A stretch of 64,000 nucleotides of DNA from an uncultured Alphaproteobacteria bacterium (GTDB lineage: Bacteria > Pseudomonadota > Alphaproteobacteria > CAAHEQ01 > UBA3637), in assembly GCA_944392785.1 (NCBI GenBank), contig CALXXW010000013.1, forward strand, positions 52,903 to 116,902, read 5' to 3'. The translations under genes and the position numbers were made by a program. A model generated the notes under the pieces. The model saw only the letters and a program-made list of their open reading frames with translations. It ran no database searches and had not been told where the DNA came from. Of this stretch, positions 31,342-41,146 are shown piece by piece (position 1 is the first letter of the stretch; each line of letters starts with the position of its first letter).

Positions 31342-32583
31342 CTACTTCAACACGACTTTTAAAAAGTTCTTTTTACCTTTTTGTAGTAAAAACTCGGTTT
31401 TACCACTTGGTAAAAGAGCGTCTATTGTGGCTACTTTTTCTCCGTCCAGAGAAAGGCCGTTTTGCTGGATTAAGCGACGAGCCTCGCCTTTACTGGGTAA
31501 AAAACCAACGGCCACAACGGCATCTACAACCGTCATATGTTGAGCCTGTGCAACATCCAACTGAGCTGTCGGAACATCGGCAGAGGGACCGGCACCGCCG
31601 AATAGGCTGGCGGATGCGGCAACGGCTTTATCTGCCTCTTCGGTGCCATGAACCAACTTTGTCACCTCATACGCCATACGCTTTTTAGCCGCGATAATAT
31701 CCGAGCGGCACATAGCCTCAATGTCGGCTGTCGGAATATCCGTAAATAATTTCAATAGTTTTTCGGTATCCGCATCATCTGTGTTATAAAAATACTGATA
31801 GAAAGCATAAGAGGTTGTTCGATCACGTGCTACCCACAGTGTTCCGTTTTCGGTCTTACCCATTTTTTTGCCTTCTTTGGTCATTAAGAGCGGGCAGGTT
31901 AACCCCAAAGTTTCACCACAGTCTGTTTGTGAATCACCGTTAGTATGGAAATTCATTTTCCGACTCAATTCCGTGCCGGCAACGATATTTCCCCACTGAT
32001 CAGAACCACCAATTTGCAAAGTACACCCATAGGTACGATTCAGATACACAAAATCATATGCCTGCATTAACATATAACCCATTTCTAAAAACGTCAATCC
32101 GCCGTTTTCCAATCGTTTAGCATATGCCTCTGAAGCTAACATTTTATTGACATTAAAGTGAATGCCGACCTGACGCATAAAATCAATATAATTAAAGCGG
32201 TTAATCCAATTTGAATTATCCAAAATAATAGCCGGATTTTCACCGTCCACACGGATAAATTGAGCCGCAAGACGTTTGACCTCTTCGACATTATGAGCAA
32301 CCATCTCCGGCGTCATCATTTTACGCATATCAGACTTTCCCGTCGGATCACCGACCAAAGCGGTAGCGCCGCCGATAACTAAGATTCCGCGATGTCCTTG
32401 ACGCTGCAAATGCCGAAACATCATCAAAGACACAAAATGTCCGATATGCAGACTATCGGCCGTTGGATCAATTCCAAGATAAAATGTTATGGGCTTTCCA
32501 TTGATTGCCGCGCGCGTTTCCGTTTCATGCGTTGTTTGATAGACATAGCCACGTTCTTTCAGATAATCAAAAAAATCTGTCAT
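31342..32583 (-). CDS. tyrS: Tyrosine--tRNA ligase
   Basis: GIDPTADSLHIGH, QIGGSDQWGNI, KMGKT motifs and a C-terminal S4 domain. Confidence 0.97.
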   Translation of the reverse strand: MTDFFDYLKERGYVYQTTHETETRAAINGKPITFYLGIDPTADSLHIGHFVSLMMFRHLQRQGHRGILVIGGATALVGDPTGKSDMRKMMTPEMVAHNVEEVKRLAAQFIRVDGENPAIILDNSNWINRFNYIDFMRQVGIHFNVNKMLASEAYAKRLENGGLTFLEMGYMLMQAYDFVYLNRTYGCTLQIGGSDQWGNIVAGTELSRKMNFHTNGDSQTDCGETLGLTCPLLMTKEGKKMGKTENGTLWVARDRTTSYAFYQYFYNTDDADTEKLLKLFTDIPTADIEAMCRSDIIAAKKRMAYEVTKLVHGTEEADKAVAASASLFGGAGPSADVPTAQLDVAQAQHMTVVDAVVAVGFLPSKGEARRLIQQNGLSLDGEKVATIDALLPSGKTEFLLQKGKKNFLKVVLK

Positions 32584-32633
32584 TTTATCTCTCCACCATT
32601 TAAATTAAAATTGCACGACGTATTTTATCTTAT

Positions 32634-34814
32634 TCAAGAGGGCTTTTCAAGCACTTTTTGCACTTTTTCCAACAGCTCAGACAACTCGAACGGCTTTGCT
32701 AAAAAGGTGAAAGCCTTATTTTCTTCAGATCCGTGACGCCTAAATTCTTCCGAGTAGCCTGAAATCAAAATACTTTTTAAATGTGGTCGTAGTTTTAAGG
32801 CCTCTTCAATAAGTGTTTCACCATCCATCCCCGGCATCATCATATCTGTCAACAGTAAATCTATTTCTTGCTTTTTTTGAAGTTCCAGCAGAGCGCTCTG
32901 AGCCGAATCGCATTCGATAATATGATACCCCTGGCTTTGCAAGGCGCGGGCAGAAACCAGACGAACACTTCGTTCATCATCAACCAGTAAAATGATCTGA
33001 TGCTCTGTATTCGGTATGTCATTTTCTACAACCTTTTCAACATGAAGCGGAGCCGCATCCGGCTCAAAACGCGGCAAATAAATTGAGAAAGTTGTCCCAA
33101 CACCTTTTTCACTGTCCACGGCAATATAGCCGTCGGCACCGCGTACAACGCCATATACCGTTGACAGGCCCAAACCCGTTCCCGAAGCTGTTGAGCTTTC
33201 TTTTGTCGTAAAAAAAGGTTCAAAAATATGTGGTAAATCTTTACTGTCAATTCCGACTCCTGTATCCGATGCCGTTATTTTGATATAGTCCCCCGGAGTC
33301 ATTTTATCTATACCGCACGGTCTTGACTTTTTAATTCGCTCACGCACGGCAGACAGACGAAATATCCCGCCATTAGGCATAGCATCCTTGGCATTCACTG
33401 CCAGGTTCAAAAAAATTTGTGTGAGTTGGTTTGGATCCAGCTTCACACATCCTAAATGGCGTTTAAATTCAAGTTTTAAGGTATTAAACGGAACCAACAA
33501 ACTCCGTTGTAATAAGGCTTCTAAATCAATAAAAGCATCATGTATAGAAATCAATTTCGGCCTGACGGGTTGTTTGCGAGAAAATGTCAATAATTGTCCC
33601 ACCAGACCAGCGGCTTTATTGGCATTTCCCTTAATTTGCATTAAATCTAAAAAGCTGGGATCATCCGCCGTCTTATTTTGCAACAATAAATCCGTAAATC
33701 CGATAATAGCCGTCAATAAATTATTAAAGTCATGCGCAATACCACCAGCCAATTGACCGATGGCCTGCATTTTTTGAGAGTGTGCGACTTGTGCTTCCAA
33801 GTTTTTACGTGCCGACACATCAACAATATAAAACAAAAGAGTATCTTTTTTATCTGTGGCAAACCCCATAAAAATGTTAAGTGTCCGTGTATCTAGCATG
33901 GGTAGAGTAATCAGCTCAACCATTTCGCTTTCACTCTGTCCCTGGACCATTTTATCCAGCTTACGAAGCAGAATTTGCTGCATATTCTCGGGGAAGAAAG
34001 AGAGGATATTTTTACCTTCAATTTCTTCTTTAACTTGTTTAAATAATATACAGAAAACATTATTAACTTTTAAAACTGTTTTATCTAATAAGTCGACAAT
34101 CAAGCACGGTAGAGGCGCTTGCTCGAATAAAGAAAAATGGGCGGCCTCAACTTGGGGAGAGTAGGGACGAATAATCCCGCAAAATAAAGGATCTAAGTCC
34201 GTATCTAAGGGCTGTTGCCTTACGGTAAAAGTTGTCAATTTATCCGTTGTTTTAATGAGGCAGAGGCCCTCAAAAAAACCTCCTATATCCGGTTGATTTT
34301 CAACAATAAATTTATTTAAAGACTGACCTAAAATTTGTTTAAAAGAAGCTCCAACCAGTTGACAAAACGCCATGTTAACATATATCAATGTTCCCTTAGC
34401 ATCAATCAAATAAAGAGGGTCTGATAATGTGCTCAAAATACCGGAAAGCAGCGCTAACTGATGAGACAAGCTGGTATGAACAGCAACAAAAGAAGTAATA
34501 TCTTTTGCCACCAGCAACATGCCGTCTGAGAGTTTTTTTAACTGAATCTGATAGACGCTTTTTCCAACGCGTATCTGAGCCTCCCAGGCCTGTTGGTGAC
34601 AATAGGCATCCACCAAACGTTGAATCTGGACGGACTCTAAACTATCTCTTAAAAAGAAAAAGGGATTTTCTTGCAGCCCGAAAAGACGCGCTCCAGCCTG
34701 ATTTGTTGCAAGCACCACATTTTGCAAAGAACGAATCTGTCGCGCGTCATCTTCCACATTTAACAAGGAGGCATATATTTTTTCTTTTTTTCGTCTGAAC
34801 ATGTCCGCTATCAT
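32634..34814 (-). CDS. cckA: PAS-containing hybrid histidine kinase, CckA-like
   Basis: SQKMQAIGQLAGGIAHDFNNLLTAIIGF.DLLL, NLAVNA.DAM, FEPFFTTK, GTGLGLSTVYG, C-terminal receiver domain (VDDE, TDMMMPGMDG, KPF). Confidence 0.85.
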   Translation of the reverse strand: MIADMFRRKKEKIYASLLNVEDDARQIRSLQNVVLATNQAGARLFGLQENPFFFLRDSLESVQIQRLVDAYCHQQAWEAQIRVGKSVYQIQLKKLSDGMLLVAKDITSFVAVHTSLSHQLALLSGILSTLSDPLYLIDAKGTLIYVNMAFCQLVGASFKQILGQSLNKFIVENQPDIGGFFEGLCLIKTTDKLTTFTVRQQPLDTDLDPLFCGIIRPYSPQVEAAHFSLFEQAPLPCLIVDLLDKTVLKVNNVFCILFKQVKEEIEGKNILSFFPENMQQILLRKLDKMVQGQSESEMVELITLPMLDTRTLNIFMGFATDKKDTLLFYIVDVSARKNLEAQVAHSQKMQAIGQLAGGIAHDFNNLLTAIIGFTDLLLQNKTADDPSFLDLMQIKGNANKAAGLVGQLLTFSRKQPVRPKLISIHDAFIDLEALLQRSLLVPFNTLKLEFKRHLGCVKLDPNQLTQIFLNLAVNAKDAMPNGGIFRLSAVRERIKKSRPCGIDKMTPGDYIKITASDTGVGIDSKDLPHIFEPFFTTKESSTASGTGLGLSTVYGVVRGADGYIAVDSEKGVGTTFSIYLPRFEPDAAPLHVEKVVENDIPNTEHQIILLVDDERSVRLVSARALQSQGYHIIECDSAQSALLELQKKQEIDLLLTDMMMPGMDGETLIEEALKLRPHLKSILISGYSEEFRRHGSEENKAFTFLAKPFELSELLEKVQKVLEKPS

Positions 34815-34866
34815 AGCAAGACTTCTGTTAAAAATCCAGTAAAATATGCAACCTATTTAAAATATC

Positions 34867-35463
34867 TTAGCTAAATACTTTAATGCGATCTTGGATGGGT
34901 AGAAACGCCTTTTCTCCTGGTTCTGTCACTGGTTTCCCAAACGGCATTTGGGCAATCAGTTTCCAATTTTTAGGCACGCCCCAATTTTGATATACCATAT
35001 CATCAACCAGGGGGTTATAGTGCTGCAAAGAGGCGCCGAAACCGGCATCTTCTAATAACATCCAAAGGTTAGATTGCAGCATACCATTTGCTTGAGCGGC
35101 CCACACGGGAAAATTTTCTTTATAGAGTGAAAATTGAGCTGCATATTTTTCGACTGTTGATGTATCGTCAAAGTACAAAATCGTTCCGTAAGCTTTTGAA
35201 AAAGCACTTATTTTATCTTGGGTTGATTGAAACTTCTCCTCAGGTGTCACTTGACGCAAAATTTCCGTCAATTCCCTCCAAAATTTTAAATGCTGTTGAT
35301 GCAGCAAGACAAGAAGCCGAGCACTTTGCATGTTAAATGCTGAGGGCGTATGTTTTAAAGCCGTTTCCGCTAATGTAATGATTTCAGCATCTGAAATAGG
35401 AGCCTCTGCCGATAACGTGTAATATGTTCGACGTTGTTGAATAGCATTGATTAAAGATGTCAT
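34867..35463 (-). CDS. Nitroreductase family protein (Frm2/Hbn1-like)
   Basis: RRTYY.L, PSAFN.QS.R, GASLQHYNPL, W.L.AQMPFG motifs. Start set at MTSLIN (35463). Confidence 0.9.
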   Translation of the reverse strand: MTSLINAIQQRRTYYTLSAEAPISDAEIITLAETALKHTPSAFNMQSARLLVLLHQQHLKFWRELTEILRQVTPEEKFQSTQDKISAFSKAYGTILYFDDTSTVEKYAAQFSLYKENFPVWAAQANGMLQSNLWMLLEDAGFGASLQHYNPLVDDMVYQNWGVPKNWKLIAQMPFGKPVTEPGEKAFLPIQDRIKVFS

Positions 35464-35651
35464 GTATATCCTCCTTTTTTTGTTGTCCTGCATGAAAAGA
35501 TACGGTTATTTGAATCAAAAATCAATCATCCTGTATCAAAAAGTCCTTTATCCATTTAAAAAGAGATTTAAAATAAGGGAAACAAACAGAGAACGACATA
35601 CTCCTTGTCGCAAATAGAGTTAGGACAAGCACTCATCCACCAGGTATAATG

Positions 35652-36497
35652 TTAATTTCTGCCATTTCTGAGAGGTGAGGGCATATACACTTCTCCTTTT
35701 GTTCTCTGAGTAATAAAAGCTTCAAATACCTCATGAGCCCGCACCATATTCGTCGCCAAAAGAGGGAGCATTGCCTGGGGTAGAGGACATGGGCAATTCT
35801 CTTTTTTCAAATAATCTTGGGTTATATCCCATCGCCACGGTAAAATCCGTTGTGTCGTCAAATTAACAACCTGCTCAAATGTCTTTCCTTGAATATCGTC
35901 ATACTCGGGAAGAACACCAGGCAACATCGGTAGCTCCTTTTTCAACTGAGTATATTCCTTTAGGGTTCCTCCACACGCCATGAAAGCGCCCAAACCAGCA
36001 GCTATAGCATCAGTTTCAATGACACAGTCACGTACCAAATCGGTGCTTTTTTGTGCATCTGAAGTATAGCTTTTTTCTTCGGGCTTACTCTTATCGTCAA
36101 GAGTAGCAATCGGATTTTTTTGATATTGACAAACATGTTCCAATTCATGTGCCATCAAATACAGAAGAGAGGAAGGAGAATACTGAGAAATTTTATCGGG
36201 ATCTAAAAAAATGCTCAGATTTTGAGAGTATTTATCCTTAAAACATTGAGCGATACGTTGACGATTATCCGATCGATTATCCTTACCCAAGTATATTCGC
36301 TCTAGAATACCACTGGCACCTTCTAAGGCTTTCTTGAATAAATCGGTATGAACATCTATGTTTTTTAGAGCATTTTGAGTCTTTTTCAACGTTTGAATAT
36401 AAGGGCTTAAAGAAAACAATTTTGATCTCAATCCCGCACCGATTGAATTATTAGATCTAAATCCCGTGTCATAATTCCAGATTTCAATAAAAAACAT
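35652..36497 (-). CDS. Hypothetical protein with HExxH motif (putative metallopeptidase)
   Basis: AGGAGG RBS before ATG 36497; LMAHELEHVCQ and a downstream E.DA motif. Confidence 0.65.
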   Translation of the reverse strand: MFFIEIWNYDTGFRSNNSIGAGLRSKLFSLSPYIQTLKKTQNALKNIDVHTDLFKKALEGASGILERIYLGKDNRSDNRQRIAQCFKDKYSQNLSIFLDPDKISQYSPSSLLYLMAHELEHVCQYQKNPIATLDDKSKPEEKSYTSDAQKSTDLVRDCVIETDAIAAGLGAFMACGGTLKEYTQLKKELPMLPGVLPEYDDIQGKTFEQVVNLTTQRILPWRWDITQDYLKKENCPCPLPQAMLPLLATNMVRAHEVFEAFITQRTKGEVYMPSPLRNGRN

Positions 36498-36819
36498 CAA
36501 AAGCCTCCTAGTTGCCTTTTTAAATGAATTTATAAGCCATATACGCATATATGTCAAGAACGAGGAAGCCTTTAATCAAATAACAATTCTAGAGGTATTT
36601 TAAGACATTTTAAGCGTCTTATTATTCACTTTTAACCGTCAGCTCGCTGAAAATCGATGTAATCCAAGGATGGAATAGGGTATCTTAGGCTTTAGAAGCA
36701 TTTGATTTCTTGGCGAGATATCAAAAAGCAGAGTCCAGGAGAAGTCTTGTCTCTTAACATCGGTATATCCTGCAAGAATAATAAATGACCGTGAGCGACG
36801 ACAAGAGCATGAGAAAATT

Positions 36820-37052
36820 TTATTCACAAATTTATCCACATATTTGTTTTTGTCATTATTAACACATTGTTTTATATTCATTTTATTTGTGTTTTTCTTT
36901 TATCATGTTTGTCGCATAATTTATATTATGTATAGAAAGAAGAAAAAGTATAAGTATATAATAAATACAATCAGTTATATGAAATTATCCCCAAAATAGC
37001 CAAAGCTATCGAATGAAATATCTAAATCCTTTTGTAAGAACTTTTTTGCACA
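36820..37052 (+). promoter_or_regulatory. Cluster of DnaA-box-like 9-mers
   Basis: TTATTCACA 36820-28, TTATCCACA 36832-40 (perfect), TTATCCCCA 36985-93, TTTTGCACA 37044-52, all in the same orientation. Confidence 0.55.
36909..36936. other. dif-like XerC/XerD recombination site
   Basis: TTGTCGCATAA-TTTATA-TTATGTATAGA matches the 11-6-11 dif layout (E. coli GGTGCGCATAA-TGTATA-TTATGTTAAAT); KOPS motifs converge on it. Confidence 0.8.
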
Positions 37053-37448
37053 AGCTGGTGTATCAGTTTTAACTCTGTCAGAGCCAAATTATTTGAAACA
37101 CTCGGGGGCGTTTATCATGAGCACCTTTAAAAAGGCTTTCTTTATATAGCATTTTTACCGACTATCCCATATAAAACCAAGACTAAAGCGACATCATGAC
37201 GAAATTTTGAATGTTGAAATAAATCGGCTCTCCCGTTCCATTGATATCTTTTAACGGCATTTTTATCAAAAATTTCACCCGATTGATAACTTGTTTGAAC
37301 CTTCCCTCCGGCCTAAGCAAACAAAAAATTTCAGACAACTTATTAAAATTCTGGAAAAGTATATCATTCTCGGATCTTTTGCCAAGACCGTTCTCTCAGG
37401 CATACACCTTAAAATGAAATCACTGGCTGATTTAAGGAAACGAAACTT

Positions 37449-38258
37449 TTAACCTTTATATTGAAAAACTAAAACACGGACAATATGTCCCATATCTCGG
37501 TATGAGGTTATGAAATCCCATCCGGCGGATTTCATCATCTCTATTACTTCGGTTTCCTGATCCTTTCCGATTTCAAGATAAATGCGACTGTTTCTGTGAG
37601 TATTACATGATAGTTGATGAGCCAAAATGCGATAGAATAAAAGACCATCCTGCCCCCCATCCAGAGCCATCATCGGTTCATATTCTCGCACCTCTTTTGA
37701 AAGTGTGTCAATATCGGCCGTTGGAATATAAGGTGGATTTGAAACAATAATATCAAATCTACCCATATCCCCATACCAATCCGGTTTTTGCATATCTTGA
37801 CAAGTGAAAGACGCTCGTTCGGATAGGCCTAATAATTGTGTGTTTTTAATGGCAATATCAATAGCTTTCTGGGATTTATCAACCCCTATTCCAATCGCTG
37901 ATGGATACTCGGATAATAAAGCTAACAAAAGACACCCGCTCCCTGTCCCTATATCTAAAATCCGTAAGGGCGCTGTCTTGTCTTTCCATTCGGATAAAAC
38001 GGCTTCAACAAGCGTTTCAGAATCTGGACGCGGATCTAATACATCCTGAGATACCAATAATTCCAGTGTCCAAAATCCCTTTCGCCCCAAAATTTTAGAA
38101 ACAGGCTCATGGGCATTGCGTCTGATGATAAAAGCCTCTTCTTGATACTCATCAGCATTGGGACAGGCCTTATAAAAATAGTAGGCATCTAAGATGGGTG
38201 TCTCCGAATATATTAATTTTTGCGCCAAAAAGCGCACTTTATCCTGTATATCGTTCAT
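37449..38258 (-). CDS. prmC: Release factor glutamine methyltransferase
   Basis: EPV..ILG...FW, VLDPRPDSETLV, DIGTGSGC, VSNPPYI, ALDGG.DGL motifs. Start set at 38258. Confidence 0.95.
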   Translation of the reverse strand: MNDIQDKVRFLAQKLIYSETPILDAYYFYKACPNADEYQEEAFIIRRNAHEPVSKILGRKGFWTLELLVSQDVLDPRPDSETLVEAVLSEWKDKTAPLRILDIGTGSGCLLLALLSEYPSAIGIGVDKSQKAIDIAIKNTQLLGLSERASFTCQDMQKPDWYGDMGRFDIIVSNPPYIPTADIDTLSKEVREYEPMMALDGGQDGLLFYRILAHQLSCNTHRNSRIYLEIGKDQETEVIEMMKSAGWDFITSYRDMGHIVRVLVFQYKG

Positions 38259-38259
38259 T

Positions 38260-39327
38260 TCAAGAAACTTCAGCCAAACGAGCCATTTGATCCTCAGCAA
38301 TCAAAGCCTCTATAAAATCATCCAAGTTCCCTTCCATAAATTCACCCAATTGATAACTTGTCTTATTGATACGATGATCTGTGACACGCCCTTGCGGAAA
38401 ATTATAAGTACGGATCCGCTCGGAGCGATCTCCGGAACCGACCTGACTTTTTCTGTCGGCAGAGCGCTCCTTATCCAAAGCCTGGCGTTGCATATCATAT
38501 AAAGCTGTTCGCAAGCGCATAAGAGCCTTTTCCTTATTTTTAAACTGAGAGCGCTCTTCTTGACATTCAACAGCTATTCCCGTCGGTTTATGCACAATCC
38601 GAATGGCAGAGTCAGTCTTATTAACATGTTGGCCACCTGCTCCGGAAGCACGACATGTCGTAATTTCCAAATCTGCCTCATTTAATTTAACATCAACCTC
38701 TTGGGCCTCCGGCAAAACAGCAACGGTTGCCGCAGAGGTATGTACACGTCCTCCGGATTCTGTTTCCGGCACACGCTGTACACGATGAACCCCGGATTCA
38801 AATTTGAGCCGTGCGAATACAGCATTGCCCGAAATTTGCGCAACAGCCTCCTTATAGCCACCCAAGCCCGTATCATTCAATGAAAGCACTTCGAATTTCC
38901 AGTGATGCAAAGCAGCGTAACGTTCATACATCCGAAATAGCTCTGCTGCGAACAAAGCAGCCTCTTCACCACCCGTTCCGGCTCTAATTTCCAGAATAAC
39001 GTTGCGATCATCCGCTTCGTCCTTTGGAAGCAATAAAATTTGTATTTGATGCTCCAATTGCGGCAAGCGTTCTTTAAGTTGGTAGAATTCTTCTTCGGCC
39101 ATCGCCCTCATTTCACTGTCCAAGCCGGTATCAGCAAGCATTGTTTCCATTTCAGAAAGCTCTGAGCGCGATTTAATATATTCTTTTCCTACTTTAACAA
39201 TTTCATCTAATCCATTTAATTCCTTGGATAATTTCACAAATTCCTCTCCGGAAATTCCCTCAGACAACAAAGCTGTCAATTCTTCATGTCGAGCCATCAA
39301 TGGAAGTAATTTTTGTTCAAAATTCAT
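38260..39327 (-). CDS. prfA: Peptide chain release factor 1
   Basis: [16 protein letters not shown] (PxT), [19 protein letters not shown] motifs. Confidence 0.98.
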   Translation of the reverse strand: MNFEQKLLPLMARHEELTALLSEGISGEEFVKLSKELNGLDEIVKVGKEYIKSRSELSEMETMLADTGLDSEMRAMAEEEFYQLKERLPQLEHQIQILLLPKDEADDRNVILEIRAGTGGEEAALFAAELFRMYERYAALHHWKFEVLSLNDTGLGGYKEAVAQISGNAVFARLKFESGVHRVQRVPETESGGRVHTSAATVAVLPEAQEVDVKLNEADLEITTCRASGAGGQHVNKTDSAIRIVHKPTGIAVECQEERSQFKNKEKALMRLRTALYDMQRQALDKERSADRKSQVGSGDRSERIRTYNFPQGRVTDHRINKTSYQLGEFMEGNLDDFIEALIAEDQMARLAEVS

Positions 39328-39336
39328 ATATCTTCC

Positions 39337-40311
39337 TTATTTTTCAGCCGAATTTAACAACTCATTGACATCTAATGATACATGGGATTTAACCTCTCCT
39401 CGAGCCCCCATAGAGCGGATTTCAGCCCCATCAATATAAAGGGTGAGAGCTCCCGCATTAGCCATCCGCAACCGCAAAGCAGAGGATTCTGCCGGGGGAT
39501 TATAGATGTCTCCTTTTCTCAATATCTTATTGAAGACAACTTTTTCCTGTTTATCTGTCACCTCAATCCAAACATCCGCCGTTGCCAGAAATGACAAACG
39601 TGCGGGTGTTTTCAGTCCATAAACCTCTCCTGACGGTTGTTCCACGACAGTTGTCGACTCTGCTTGAAGCAGAGCCTGTTCTTGAAGCGTTGGTAATTCT
39701 TCCGAAGGTTGAGCATCCGAAATCGGTTCAGTCGCAACCGGTTCTTCAAGTACCTCAACCTGACTCTCCGGATCAGTCATGATAAAGGGAGAGTCAAATT
39801 CGGATCCGATATTACCGGCGACATACCAACCGCCGGCTACAATAATAAACAGAACCGTCATTTTAAGAGCTGTTTTCCAAGAAGGCATCATTTTTTTATG
39901 TTCAACAACCGGCATTTCCAAAGGTTCTGATTTGATATATGCGCTTTCCTTGTGGAACATCTCAATCATCTCAGAGGGGTTTAAGCCCAAAAAGGTAGCA
40001 TAAGTCCTTAGGAACCCAAGACCATAGGCCAATGCCGGAAAGGCATAATAATGTCCCTTTTCCAAGGCATTCAAGTAAACGGCCTTAATACAGAGCTTTT
40101 TAGAAACCGATTCCAAAGTCATTTTTTTACGTTCACGAGCCTGCGACAATATCTCCCCTAATGTTTTGGGCTCAGACTTGTCATCTGTTTTATTTTTTTG
40201 TATCTCGCGTTGAGACAATGTTTCTAAATCTAAATGAACTAACGTTTCTTCTTTTTGTTTTCTTCTTGGCATTCTTTTACCTTTCACTTTTTCATTTTGC
40301 ATATCATACAA
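39337..40311 (-). CDS. rodZ: Cell-shape protein RodZ (HTH-TM-DUF4115)
   Basis: LG..L..ARE, YL.ALE.G, GFLRTYA.FLGL, a TM helix, WIEV and NAGAL...DG C-terminal domain. Start is uncertain. Confidence 0.88.
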   Translation of the reverse strand: MYDMQNEKVKGKRMPRRKQKEETLVHLDLETLSQREIQKNKTDDKSEPKTLGEILSQARERKKMTLESVSKKLCIKAVYLNALEKGHYYAFPALAYGLGFLRTYATFLGLNPSEMIEMFHKESAYIKSEPLEMPVVEHKKMMPSWKTALKMTVLFIIVAGGWYVAGNIGSEFDSPFIMTDPESQVEVLEEPVATEPISDAQPSEELPTLQEQALLQAESTTVVEQPSGEVYGLKTPARLSFLATADVWIEVTDKQEKVVFNKILRKGDIYNPPAESSALRLRMANAGALTLYIDGAEIRSMGARGEVKSHVSLDVNELLNSAEK

Positions 40312-40335
40312 CTTCTTTTTTTAAAAGTCCAGTCT

Positions 40336-41022
40336 CTATTTTGCATACATAGCAAATAAAACATAAATAGCCGACATCCCCAAAGCGGGTCCAAAAGCGC
40401 CGTGTTTTTTCTGTCGGATAACGGCGCTTAACGCAAACAGCATGAACGAAAATACTAGGACGAAATTAAGGCCGGGAGCACCCAACCACGCTCCCAGTGC
40501 CACGACCATTTTAACGTCACCGGCACCAAATTCAACACGGCAAAACAGACCCATTAGAAAAACGGAAAGCACCGTCACGGTATACCCAAAAATCACTCCG
40601 AATAAGGCATAATCGATGGGTAAAAGATTACCAAAAACAGCCGCTGATACACCTATCATAAATAAAGGTATTGTGAAAAAATCAGGCAACAAGTAGTATT
40701 GATAGTCCACCACAATACACATTAAAATGATATAAATGAATGCATCACACCACCAGCTGGCCGTTCCACCAATGTAGATAGAGGAGAGCATAAACAGAAT
40801 GGAAGTTCCTCCTCCCCAGGCCAGAGAATAAAGCAATAATTTCAACCAACGACGTCGCAACAAACGGGTGCGCGCGACATCTTCAACGTTTGGGAAGTGA
40901 GGATAATGCCATAATCGCACCAAGACCATTCCGGGATCTGCCGGCAAAACCTTACCAAAGCGGCTGGCAATCGCAGGAATAAAAAGCCCTAAAAAAAAGC
41001 CGAATAGTGCTATAAAAATCAT
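40336..41022 (-). CDS. Prepilin peptidase, A24 family
   Basis: VD.....LPD..T, G.GDVK...ALGAWLG, AFGPAL motifs. Confidence 0.85.
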   Translation of the reverse strand: MIFIALFGFFLGLFIPAIASRFGKVLPADPGMVLVRLWHYPHFPNVEDVARTRLLRRRWLKLLLYSLAWGGGTSILFMLSSIYIGGTASWWCDAFIYIILMCIVVDYQYYLLPDFFTIPLFMIGVSAAVFGNLLPIDYALFGVIFGYTVTVLSVFLMGLFCRVEFGAGDVKMVVALGAWLGAPGLNFVLVFSFMLFALSAVIRQKKHGAFGPALGMSAIYVLFAMYAK

Positions 41023-41146
41023 CTGTCAACACCCTATCAAAAACTACTTATAAATAAAAAACACATAATAAGCAAGATTTTTCTTTTATTTTTTACAGGA
41101 AAACGCTATACTACGGCTGTTCAATTTTATTGTTAAGGAGTTTTTA

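Noticed and set aside
36639-36881. 80-aa minus-strand ORF
   Set aside because: Overlaps the DnaA-box tract, has no RBS and no recognisable protein features.
36560-37448. Calling this intergenic region oriC
   Set aside because: DnaA boxes are present, but KOPS point toward it, a dif-like site is inside it, and no usual origin-linked genes (dnaA, hemE, parAB, gidA) are adjacent. Kept as an open finding instead.
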